Shown: positions 54,946-64,000 of the stretch, one piece after another
How positions within the stretch are numbered: the first letter of the stretch is position 1
Layout of the letters: each line of letters starts with the position of its first letter
From: a virus
Lineage: Duplodnaviria > Caudoviricetes
Virus record (IMG/VR): IMGVR_UViG_3300037424_001593
Coordinates: 1 to 64,000 of that record
DNA length: 64,000 nucleotides
Direction: 5' to 3' (one strand)
Translations under genes and position numbers: made by a program
The notes under the pieces: model-generated
What the model was told of the DNA's origin: nothing
The model's input: only the letters and a program-made list of their open reading frames with translations
The model's database searches: none

Positions 54946-55749
54946 ATGGCAGCCGTTACTACAACCGAAGATGCGATCCGCGCCGCCACCGGGACAGTCG
55001 CTACAGGCACCTCGAGCGGGGGCGGGCTCACGGTCGGCAACGCGTCGGTCGGTGAGCTCCCGAGCGTCACCATCCTCGCGCCCGGCTTCTCGTACGCCAT
55101 CACCGGGCAGGACTACCTCACGATGGCGCGCTCCATCGACAGGGAGAGCCCCGCAGATTGTGCCGCCATCCTGTGGACGTACGTGCAGCGCTACGTGGCG
55201 CTCCGGGGGCCCGCAGGACCCTACCCGACGCTCAGTCGGATGGTGATCGCGTTCTCGCAGCCGATCAATCCTTTGTGGTTTCCGGACGGCCCGAAGTGTC
55301 GTCCGGGCGGTCCGTATTACGGACAGCGCGAGTGCGCGAACGCGGAGATGCGCCCGATCTACGCGTCGCGTCCCTGGGGCGAGATCCGCTCGAGCGTGCG
55401 CGACGGGATCCTTCGCTGGGCGCAGGGGCGCGTTGCGAACAGCGTTCCGCGCAGTATCAACTTCGCTTCGTCCGAGCTCATCCGCAGGCAACTCGCAGCC
55501 GGGAACACCGCGCAGCGCGAGATCGTGTACGACGGCGAGAACACCTTCGTCTCCGAGCCCGTGTCGCGCGCGTGGCCGTCCGATTCGTACGTGCGCATCC
55601 AGGCGAACGGGCGCATCGTCTCGGCCCAGGACGGGCTCAGCGGGGGCGAGCTCACAGCGATCCTGCTCGGGGGCGCGCTCGTGCTCGGTGCAGGTTACGC
55701 AGCGTTCAAGAACGGGCTCGTCTCAAAGGTCACGCGGAAGTTTCGATGA
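54946..55749 (+). CDS. SleB-like cell-wall hydrolase with C-terminal TM anchor
   Basis: DYLTMARSIDRES..CAAILW; TAILLGGALVLGAGYAAFK + basic tail. Confidence 0.55.
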   Translation: MAAVTTTEDAIRAATGTVATGTSSGGGLTVGNASVGELPSVTILAPGFSYAITGQDYLTMARSIDRESPADCAAILWTYVQRYVALRGPAGPYPTLSRMVIAFSQPINPLWFPDGPKCRPGGPYYGQRECANAEMRPIYASRPWGEIRSSVRDGILRWAQGRVANSVPRSINFASSELIRRQLAAGNTAQREIVYDGENTFVSEPVSRAWPSDSYVRIQANGRIVSAQDGLSGGELTAILLGGALVLGAGYAAFKNGLVSKVTRKFR

Positions 55750-56132
55750 GGCTCGCTTTCGCGGTCGCCGCATGTCTTGCGCTCGCGCCTTGCGGCTTCC
55801 AATGCCCTGAACGCACGGACGCGTACGCAGATGAAGTTGCGGCCGTGCGTCGCGTCTGGGTCGCGCCGCTACCTCCAGATACGTGCGGATCCCCGCACGT
55901 GTCGCTACGCACGCTGCCGTGCGGCGAAGGTTGTCTGTACGCGTACCACTACATGACAGACATCGTCGTGCGCGATGATCTCGACGAAAGCACTACGCGC
56001 GCGGCGGTTCGCCACGAGACGGTGCACTGGCTTGCGTGGTGTACGGGCTATCAACCGAGCGGCGACGCGGGACACTCGATGCCCGAGCTCTGGGGCGCGG
56101 GTGGAGTGCTCGAGCGATCCGAAAGCCCGTAG
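55746..56132 (+). CDS. Putative lipoprotein zincin metallopeptidase
   Basis: Signal ..ALAPC; VRHETVHW (HExxH). Confidence 0.65.
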   Translation: MRLAFAVAACLALAPCGFQCPERTDAYADEVAAVRRVWVAPLPPDTCGSPHVSLRTLPCGEGCLYAYHYMTDIVVRDDLDESTTRAAVRHETVHWLAWCTGYQPSGDAGHSMPELWGAGGVLERSESP

Positions 56133-56266
56133 ATGAGCTCGAGCTCGCTGAGCGCGTCTGTTGCGGGCCCAAGGAGAATGATGCCTCGACCGCTGCGCAT
56201 CAGCGCTTTGAGCCGCCACAGCGGCTTCTTGCGGCGTTCGTTCCGTGCACGTTTCTTGTGGTTCAT
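56051..56266 (-). CDS. Small protein with MNHKKRAR N-terminus
   Basis: Shared N-terminus with 1269 and 57392 ORFs. Confidence 0.55.
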   Translation of the reverse strand: MNHKKRARNERRKKPLWRLKALMRSGRGIILLGPATDALSELELIYGLSDRSSTPPAPQSSGIECPASPLG

Positions 56267-56273
56267 TGAAGCG

Positions 56274-56389
56274 CTCTTGACGGCGGCTGCGCCGCTGGGT
56301 TAGGGTTGGGATCTACGCAAAAGAGCCGTTCGATCCGAACGACCACGCAGGGCGGAGGGGAGCAATCCTCACCGCTCTTCGTCTTTCTT
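56274..56389 (+). ncRNA. Small-RNA unit copy B
   Basis: TTGACG-18-TAGGGT (37/41 identical to copy A promoter); CGTTCG-ATC-CGAACG; GGGCGGAGGGGA-GCAA-TCCTCACCGCTC + TTCGTCTTTCTT. Confidence 0.75.
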
Positions 56390-56503
56390 GACGACGGGCC
56401 GGCACCGTCGGCAGTAGAAAACGCCGTGCGACGTAGAACCATCCGTATGCTCAGCGACGCGATGGCACTCCACACATTTTCTTCTGCGTGGCAGGGGCAT
56501 CAT
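56369..56503 (-). CDS. 44-aa zinc-finger microprotein
   Basis: MMPLPRRRKCVECH...FYCRRCRPVVKKDEER; ATGA overlap with exonuclease stop. Confidence 0.5.
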   Translation of the reverse strand: MMPLPRRRKCVECHRVAEHTDGSTSHGVFYCRRCRPVVKKDEER

Positions 56504-57084
56504 CTGCTCGGCCACCCGATCGCCCGCGCAATCTTGAAGAAGAGCTCGCCCTGATGCCGAGCATCTTCCACTGCGATGTGCGTGTGCGGCGGCAGATCCA
56601 CACGCAACGCGTTGAGCGGCTCGTGCCGCCCCGAGTTCTGAAATCCGAGCCCGCCGCACGCGAACGAGTCGAGGTCGATCACCTTGAGCCCGCGCTTCGA
56701 CGTGAAGTGGAAGGGATTCTCGAGCCCTGTAGCGCGGAATGCCCAGTCGATCCACGGGTAGTCGAAGATCGCGGGGTCTGCAAGAAACACAGGCGCGTCG
56801 CACGGCAAGCACAGGCTCTTGATGAAGCGCTCGAAGAGTTGCATCGACGCGTGCAGGTCAAGCTGATCGCGCTCGAGCGCACGTGCGGCTGAAGGCTGCG
56901 TAGCCCACCACTTTGAGGTGTCCGCGTCGCACGTGTATAGCGACGATTGCGCGATGTTGAGCTCGATCGCGTCGAGCTCGAACCCGTGTACGTCGTACGC
57001 CGCAGCGCCGATGCTGAGGAGGTGGTGGATGCCGGGACGTGGGCCTGCGGTCTCGACGTCCACGGAGAAGATGATGTCGCTCAT
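56500..57084 (-). CDS. DEDDh 3'-5' exonuclease (Rv2179c/DUF5051-like)
   Basis: SVDVETAGP, IFDYPWI, HIAVEDA. Confidence 0.8.
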   Translation of the reverse strand: MSDIIFSVDVETAGPRPGIHHLLSIGAAAYDVHGFELDAIELNIAQSSLYTCDADTSKWWATQPSAARALERDQLDLHASMQLFERFIKSLCLPCDAPVFLADPAIFDYPWIDWAFRATGLENPFHFTSKRGLKVIDLDSFACGGLGFQNSGRHEPLNALRVDLPPHTHIAVEDARHQGELFFKIARAIGWPSR

Positions 57085-57098
57085 GTGCTCTAGCCTTT

Positions 57099-60042
57099 CT
57101 AGTATGGATCGTGAAGCATGCGCGTGAGGAGCGCGCCAAACGCCTCGGTCGCTTGTCGTCCTTGCGCGTGCAACGCGTTTCGTGTTCGTGCTTCTCTGCG
57201 TGCATCACTCCAGTGGCGCGAGCGTCTGCGTGGATTGCGTAAGTCCGGGTAGAGAGCATCGAAGAACACGCGGTTGCCGTCCGCGCTCTCCCACATCGTC
57301 CCGTACGGCGTGCGCATGATGGGGGTGCCGAAAACCTCGCGCCAGTGTTGTGTCTTGCGTCGTTCGTTTCGCGCTCGCTTCTTGTGGTTCACGTCTTGAC
57401 CCAGAGCGCGTTGTTGAACTGCTCGTACTGCACTTCGTCGCATTCGATTACGCGGAAGCCTGTACCGGACGAGTAGCTGTGTTTGCTCGGGTGTTGATGC
57501 GTGAGATACGTAACGAGCAAACAACCCTCGTCGCGGCGCTCCACGCGGACGACGTCCACAACGCGAACATACAAGCACTGTCCGTACGGTCTGTGCTCTG
57601 CCTCGATACGCGCGGCGTCTTCGCGGGTCATTTTGTGCCGCGGAATGTCCGCACCATACCCGCGTTCCGTGCCGAGGTAGATCAGTGGCCCCTGTCGCAG
57701 GGGCACATCCGCATCGAACGTGCATCGCGACCACCGCGCGGGCTCATCTTCGGGTTTACGCACGTACGCGTCGATTCCTTCTTTTGCCATCGTCTCCTCC
57801 GTTCGTGTGTTGTTGGGTCCCGTTGGTCCTGGAAGCGCTGGGTGTCGTGGTTCACACCTGCGTAGCGCGTGCTTAAACGTGAGCGCCTCGATCGCCTCCG
57901 CAGGAAAGTCGAGCGGCAGGGACTCGCACACAAGCGTCTCGCCAGACAGCACGGTGAGCTTCGGTCGCAGCTCGAAGTCCAGCGCGAGTCGGGCCATGAG
58001 CGCGGCGCTCAAACCTTCGGGGTCTACGATGAGGATCGGCTTGTCCACTACAGGCCTCGTTTCTTTGCTTGCTTCGCAATCTCATCGAGGAAGGACTCAA
58101 CGTTGCGCTTCCTGCGCGCTTCTATCGCATCCAGTATTTGCTGCGCGGCGTCGTGTGTGGTTTCACGCGCGGGGATCGCACGGTCGGCAGCGAGGCACCG
58201 ATGGCACATCGCGCGACTTAGCCCTGCGTAGTGTGGACACGCCTTACTCATTCTCGCCTGCCTTCCATTCCCCACGCCACCTCAGCGATGTGCTCGAGCT
58301 CGTCTTCGATGTCGGCTTGCGCAGCGAACAGGATGATCTCGACATCCGTCTTCCACGCGTACTTCGTGACGCCCGCACGCGCTGAGAGTTGCGCGCTGCG
58401 CATAAGACTCTCGCGCACCAGGCGCGTCACCTCGTCGTTCTTCCTCATACCTTAGAGCGTACACTTTGCGCCGGCGTTTCGAGGCGTTCGACCTGCGCAC
58501 GTGCGTCGTTCTCCGGAGCAATACGCACTTTCGTCGCGGGTGGTGGTTCACCTACTGCGTTGTATTCTCGCAAAATCGCGAGCACCGCGTCACGCTCGAG
58601 CTCACTGCGTTTTTGTTCGGCAACCTCTACTTTGTGGAGTAGATCGAAGGCTTCACTGTGGGTGTACGCGACGCGGAAACTCGTGAAGAGTAACAGTGCG
58701 AGCAACGCAAACTGCGTCACTCCGTGTGCGTGTGCGTTGTCGGCGTCGAACCACATAGCTAGGCCGATCCAGCTCGCTGCAACGCTTGCGACGCGCAGAA
58801 GCGACATACGAAAACGACTCTGCACTTGGCGCAGCGTCATCCCGACACCTCTTGCTGGGCTGCCAAATACTGCGCGAGAAGCGCGGCATATCGCGCCGCT
58901 TGTTCTTCGAACGCATCTCGCGCGGGCGCGGTTGCTCGTTCGTACTGGCGCGAGGGAAGAAATCCGTGCTGCAGTTTCGCTTCTGTGAAGACTTGAAGCG
59001 CGCGTTCACGCGCAAGCAACGCGTTCAAGAGCTCGCGCTCGAGAGCGGTGCATGTGTGCGTGCCATACGTGCGCGCGCGCAACTCGTCGGGCGTGGGACG
59101 GTATTCAGACATCACCCCATCACCTTCTGCCCGCGCTTCGGCTCTTGCCACGGCTTCGCGATATTGCGCTTTACCGGACGATGCGCTGTGCCGCCAGGAT
59201 GCGTGACGACGGCGCCGTTCCGCTTCGCGCTCTGCTCGCGCTCCATCTGGCGATACGCCTGCTTGAGCTGCCGACGTGAAGGATTCACGATCACAGCCTT
59301 CTCTTCAGGCGTGAGGTCGCTGGCCGTGCCGGACGTAGCGCCCGTAGGGATCGTAGGTGCGCTGATACTTTTCACGTGCTCTTCTCCGTTTTAGCGCGGA
59401 TGCGAGACGCTTCCGCGAACATGTGATCGAGATCAAGACGCTGCGCCTGTGAGGACCAGTACCCGGGCGAGACGCAGGTCCACACCTGCCCGAGCGGGGA
59501 CATCGCGTAGTCGCAGTCTGGCGTGCTCCAGAACACCCAGCCGCGCACGGTGATCGGGACGCGGCCACGTGCGTCGAGCTCACTCTGCTCGAGCTTGAGG
59601 CGCTGGTATTCCGCGTCGAGCACGGCGCGTTCCGCGCCCTGACGCCGACGCTCGAGGATGCGCAGCACGATGCCGAGGACGAGCAGCACGAGCGCGACGA
59701 ATGAGATGCCTGCGCTCACGGCTCGGCCTTCGCTTTGAGGGCGCGCACAGCGTCGATGAGCTCCGCGCGTGCCCAGTAGAGTGTGTTGTCCTCGGCGCCG
59801 GTGGGGTGCGTGATGCTTGCGTGCGCGGTCGTCGCGCGTTCGAACGTCAGAGCGCTCTGGAGCACAGCGAAGATCTCGGGCGTCACGCGTCCGAAGCCTG
59901 TGCCGTCGCAGTTCTCGCAGCGCTCTACGCGCGTGTCGTGCTCTCCACCGCAGACGATGTCGCTGAAGACCTGCCCCTCGCCGCCACATGACGCGCAGAG
60001 CCCTATAGCGAGCGGTGCGATGTAACCGATCGACATCTTCAC
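57099..60042 (-). other. Cluster of small leftward hypothetical ORFs (incl. 57099-57392 with VNHKKRAR start; several TM or CxxC proteins)
   Basis: Chained overlaps; no strong domains. Confidence 0.55.
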
Positions 60043-60058
60043 GTGCCCTTTCGCGGCA

Positions 60059-60172
60059 TAAAGCTGGAGCGGGGTAGGATTGGGTACCTCCTCCGCCTTC
60101 GCCCGGTATTCGTAATGCTACGAATGCCTTCCTTGAGCCCCAAAGGTAGGGCCGCAGGCCCGCCGCTGTCAA
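60059..60172 (-). ncRNA. Small-RNA unit copy C
   Basis: TTGACA-18-TACCTT; ATTCGTA-GCAT-TACGAAT; GGCGGAGGAGG-TACCCAAT-CCTACCCCGCT + CCAGCTTT. Confidence 0.65.
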
Positions 60173-60210
60173 CTACCGATCAGATAAAAGTGCATGGCTG
60201 ACGAAAGTGT

Positions 60211-62977
60211 ATGGACACAACGCTGACTGCAGTGGTAAAGATCGGCGCATGCTGGTCGAGGAGAGCAATCATGGGCGTGAAGGCTCGCAAGCGCGCACGT
60301 CGGCGGGATCGACGACTCGCCAAGCAGCGCCCCGGACGCCTCCCCAAGAAGGCGGGGATTGTGGGGCACGGAACAGCGCTTACGGTGAGCCACGAACAAG
60401 GTCCCGCGCATCCGACGACGCCCGAAGAGATCCGCAACATGCTTCTGCGACGTGTGCGGCGATGAAAGTGGGGTTTTGTGCTGGTTGAGAAACTCTTCAC
60501 CGACCTGAAAGTCGGCGACACCGTGTGGATGCACCGCGCGCCATCGCACGATGGTTGCCCCTCGCTTTTTCGTGGTGAGGTCTCAAGACGCGCACGCGGA
60601 TACATCCACGTAGGCAGCAAAAAAGTCGCGCTGCGGATCACCAACACCGTCTGGGAAAACGACACGTGCCGATTCGTGTACGGCGAATACAGCACCTCGG
60701 TGCTCGTCTACGCGTCGAAAGACGCTGCCGTACTCGGCTTGTGGGCGCTCACGGAGCGCGCACGGATCGCATCGTGTGTAGGGCTGACGACGCGTGTGTC
60801 GCACGCGCAGCTTCTGCAAATCGCAGAGTACATCGGCTTCGCACCACTTCCGGAGGAGTGACATGTTCTTGAAGATGCCCACAGCGTATGACAACGCGCG
60901 TGTACGTGTAGACGCCTACTGGCCGAACGCAGACCACGAAATCCGGGTCCTTTTTCAGCAGGGAAATACGATCTACTTGGCGTTCCCCACGATGGAGGAT
61001 CGCGATGCGTTCCTCGAGCGAATGGACAACTGCGCGATGAACGCGCTCACGGTACCACCTGACTCGGTGGCGGGTGGAATCACCTACGAAGGCGACGACT
61101 GATGTTCAGCACCGCGTGCATCGCATTCGGCACCTTCGTATGGGGCATCTTCCTCGGGCGCTACAGCGTCCAGCGCAAGACGCGCATGCCCGTTTTCAGC
61201 GTCGAAGGTTCGGTTGTCACCGCTGTCTGGCGCGGTACGACGTACTTCGCCATAACACATACGCCCGATGAGCTTGTGCCGTGGTATCAGTGGGCCCGTC
61301 TCGACAACCGCTATGCGTGGATTGAGCAACGCGGGCACCTCGAACGGATGCATCGCTTACACCTCGCGCGTGAAGCGGACACGCGCAAGCTTCTCGCGGA
61401 GTACACGGCATGAGCCACGACGTGGATCTTTACGCCTGCGCGCTCAACTTCATCAAGGGCGTCACGCGCTTTCGTCTCATGAAGGCGCAGCACGCGCAGC
61501 ACACATCGTACGCCTGGAATCGTGCAGGGGCGCACCCTGCGTTCCCGTGCAGTTGGCAGAGACGCGCAGCCGAGCTCTCACTCGAGGCGCGTGTAGCAAC
61601 GCAGGAATGGCTCGAGGCGGATCGTATCTACCAACGCATGAAGAACAAGCCCGACTTCTCGAACCTCGACATCAACGCGGCCCTCGCAATCGGAGCAAAG
61701 AAATGACCGGACTCGAACCTGTGGTGGACTTCCTCGAGCGCCACGTTCAAAGCTTGCGCGCCGTCGCAGTAGCACACCAGAAAGATGCGGGTGCGTGTTC
61801 TGATCTGGACGATCTACCCGAACCCCTTGCGGTCATCCTTCAACGCGCACGTGCACGAAGGTTCGTAGTGCTACGGGAACGCTTTGACGCGTGGGCTGAA
61901 GCGGATGCTGTTTTGCGCAACGCGAAAGACGTGCACAAGCGCTGCGTGCCGCGTCCGCGCTGGCAACCTTTCCCGTGTGCCGTCTGCGGTGGTGGCGCCT
62001 GGGAGGACTACGTTGTGTACGACGCCGTGTGGACCGCGGCGGGGCTTTCGCGTGAGAAAGGCGTGTTTGCTTGTATCTCCTGTGTCGCTGATCGACTTGG
62101 TCGTCCGCTGACGAAGGCAGATTTCCCACCCGTCCCAGCCAACAACGCTGTGCTGTACGGCCTCGCGCACAGCAAGAGCATCCCTCTCCGCGGGCGTGTG
62201 TGATGGCTTGGAACGGCGGTAAAAACTGGGTTCGTAAGCAGCCCACGCTCGGCATGCTCGAGCTCCTCAGCACGCTCGCAACGTGTGGCTCGCAAGCTCG
62301 CATGTGCGAGCTCCGCAAGCGCACAGGGCGCAAAGGAGACTCGCTCCGCGGCACACTTCGAACGCTCAAGCGGATGGGTCTCGTCGCAGAGAGCAAAGTC
62401 CGCGAGCAGAGTCAGTATCGACCGGTGTTCGTGGTGACGGAGAAAGGACGGGTGTACGTGTGAGCTACGATGACGATGACGACAACTGGGACGAAGACGT
62501 GCCTGAAGACGTGCATGTGCGCATCCACGAGAAGGTGCAGATCCATATCGACACGGCGGCCAACATGGTAACGCTGCAAGTCGGCTACAGCATGGAGGCT
62601 ATCCAGGCGCGCTTGTCGGTAGCCGAAGCGTTGCAGTTGATCCGCGGACTCGAAGCGGCCGTCCGCATCGCGCGTCGTGCGGAGCCTGCGTCGTAAGGGA
62701 ACAGATGCCAAAATACCAGCTCAAGGATGATTCGCTGCCCGCGATCTTCGCGCGTGACGAAGACTGGGTGCTTCGCCCGGTAAACAGCGCCACGCGCGCG
62801 GCAAACGATCGACGCATCCTGTGTCGCGCGCTCAAAGCAGCGCTCCGGGACGTCGAGCAGCGCAAGGCAGAGCTCGAGAAGATGCTCAGCGGCGCTGCGG
62901 AGCTTGGGCGTGGCTTACGCGAATCCGAGCGCTGCAAGCAAGAGCTCAAGAAAGCTCGGCCCGCGAACAAGCCGTAG
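60211..62977 (+). other. Cluster of small rightward hypothetical accessory ORFs
   Basis: Chained overlaps; includes a wHTH-like ORF (62200-62463) and CxxC ORFs. Confidence 0.55.
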
Positions 62978-63469
62978 CGCGCGCTTCGTGATCACAGCGG
63001 CCCACGCGTCGTAGGCCTCGGGTGTGAAGTGCACGCCGTCTTCGCGCTGCCCCGTGCGTGTGACGCCGCGCGAATCGAGCCACTCGACGCGGCCGCCGAG
63101 GAGCATGCCGTACTTCTCCGCGGTGTCCTCGTGCCGAGCTCGAGCGTCGTCTGCGCCATCCGCGCGCGCTGTCGCGGGACCCACCCAGAGCGAACGCCGC
63201 GGCTCGATGATCCCGAGTGCGTTCTGGATCGCGGTGCGCACGTCGTCGATGGGTGACGCGCGCCAGTCGTCGTTGCCGCCGATCTCGAACACAACGTGCG
63301 TGGCGCCGGCGGCCGCGCGAGAGAGCTCGCCTGTGCTCAGGTACCAGCCGAGCGACTTGCCCGCGTTCGCGACGACGGTGCTCTCTACGCCCTCGAGCGC
63401 GAGCTGCGTCTTGATGCGCGGCCCGAGCGCCTGCATGTGGCTGTCACCGATGAGCGCGACGAGCGTCAT
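62915..63469 (-). CDS. SGNH/GDSL hydrolase with hydrophobic C-terminus
   Basis: LIGDSH, EIGGND, DGVHF. Confidence 0.85.
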   Translation of the reverse strand: MTLVALIGDSHMQALGPRIKTQLALEGVESTVVANAGKSLGWYLSTGELSRAAAGATHVVFEIGGNDDWRASPIDDVRTAIQNALGIIEPRRSLWVGPATARADGADDARARHEDTAEKYGMLLGGRVEWLDSRGVTRTGQREDGVHFTPEAYDAWAAVITKRALRLVRGPSFLELLLAALGFA

Positions 63470-63671
63470 GCTTGAAGTCTACGTTCGTCCACAAGGTTCG
63501 GCCACGCGCGCCAGCACAGGTCACGCGCGGCATCCTGCTCTACAGGCGTCATCGCCTCGAACACGACGTCCGCTTGCTCGAGCAGCGCGCGATCGAGCTC
63601 TGCGCGGTGTTCCGGATGACGCCGGAGCGAGCAAAGCGTATCGACGATCGTCGTGAACTGCGCAAGCCTCA

Positions 63672-63890
63672 TCACCGCGGGACCTTCCGGCGCGCTTTCT
63701 TGCACGCCTTGCGCGCGACGGAGTAGGCGATTGCGAGACACTGCGCGCGGCTCTTGTCGGTGCGGCACAAGCACTCGCGCACGTTCTGCGTGAACGCTTT
63801 TTTCGTGCAGCGCTTCGTCATCCGCTTGCGGACTTTCGCGCAGCGCTTTTTCTTGCGCGCGACGCCTTCTACACCGCACGAGCAGGCCAT
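63672..63890 (-). CDS. Basic Cys-rich small protein
   Basis: MACSCG..RKKKRCAKVRKR..KKARRKVPR. Confidence 0.55.
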   Translation of the reverse strand: MACSCGVEGVARKKKRCAKVRKRMTKRCTKKAFTQNVRECLCRTDKSRAQCLAIAYSVARKACKKARRKVPR

Positions 63891-64000
63891 CACTTCCTCC
63901 TGCGACGACGTGTGACGCCTGAGACACCGCGATCACGTTTGGACGCAGTGCACTTCATCCCACCACTCGCGTAGTGATAGCACATGCAGTTGTAGCCGAG

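Noticed and set aside
60061-60100. tRNA-like 3' end (..AATCCTACCCCGCTCCA on minus strand)
   Set aside because: No TTC T-loop, no matching acceptor 5' strand or anticodon arm; better explained as the 3' hairpin of small-RNA copy C
1-64000. Integrase, att sites, IS elements, introns/inteins, rRNA
   Set aside because: No tyrosine or serine recombinase, transposase, LAGLIDADG/HNH or intein splice motifs, or rRNA signatures recognised
1-64000. Abundant CTCGAG/GAGCTC hexamers as a repeat family
   Set aside because: They fall in-frame as Leu-Glu/Glu-Leu codon pairs; explained by codon bias

Overview
The window is a GC-rich stretch of a dsDNA bacteriophage genome, probably only part of it, with no integrase, terminase, portal, HK97 capsid or tail genes recognisable. 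Layout: (i) about 24 kb leftward virion operon (26615->2513). It holds a transglutaminase-like Cys enzyme, three short paralogous capsid-like proteins, two longer internally duplicated paralogues (jelly-roll-like, inferred), Lys/Arg-rich core proteins, about ten C-terminally membrane-anchored proteins, beta-helix/LamG spikes and an anchored M23 peptidase. This points to an unusually large tailless, membrane-containing virus. (ii) An AT-rich origin-like gap (28.1-29.0 kb). (iii) A rightward replication/nucleotide block: DUF3987 ATPase, SNF2 helicase, adenine MTase, MazG-like, ThyX, Cas4-like nuclease + AAA_24 + SSB, UDG-PolA fusion, DEDD exonuclease, RHH protein and a sigma factor lacking region 4. 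(iv) A lysis cassette and many small accessory ORFs. Non-coding highlights found by reading the DNA: a complete tmRNA (tag ANDNAEPILAQAA); six dispersed copies of a promoter + two-hairpin small-RNA unit whose promoter spacers carry a TGC-centred palindrome; a repeated GGTATAAGA late-promoter motif; and a 186-nt rod-like structured RNA candidate upstream of polA. The virion proteins also share a recurring G-[L/F/M]-G motif resembling a maturation-protease site. All family assignments come from motif recognition by eye; no database search was run.
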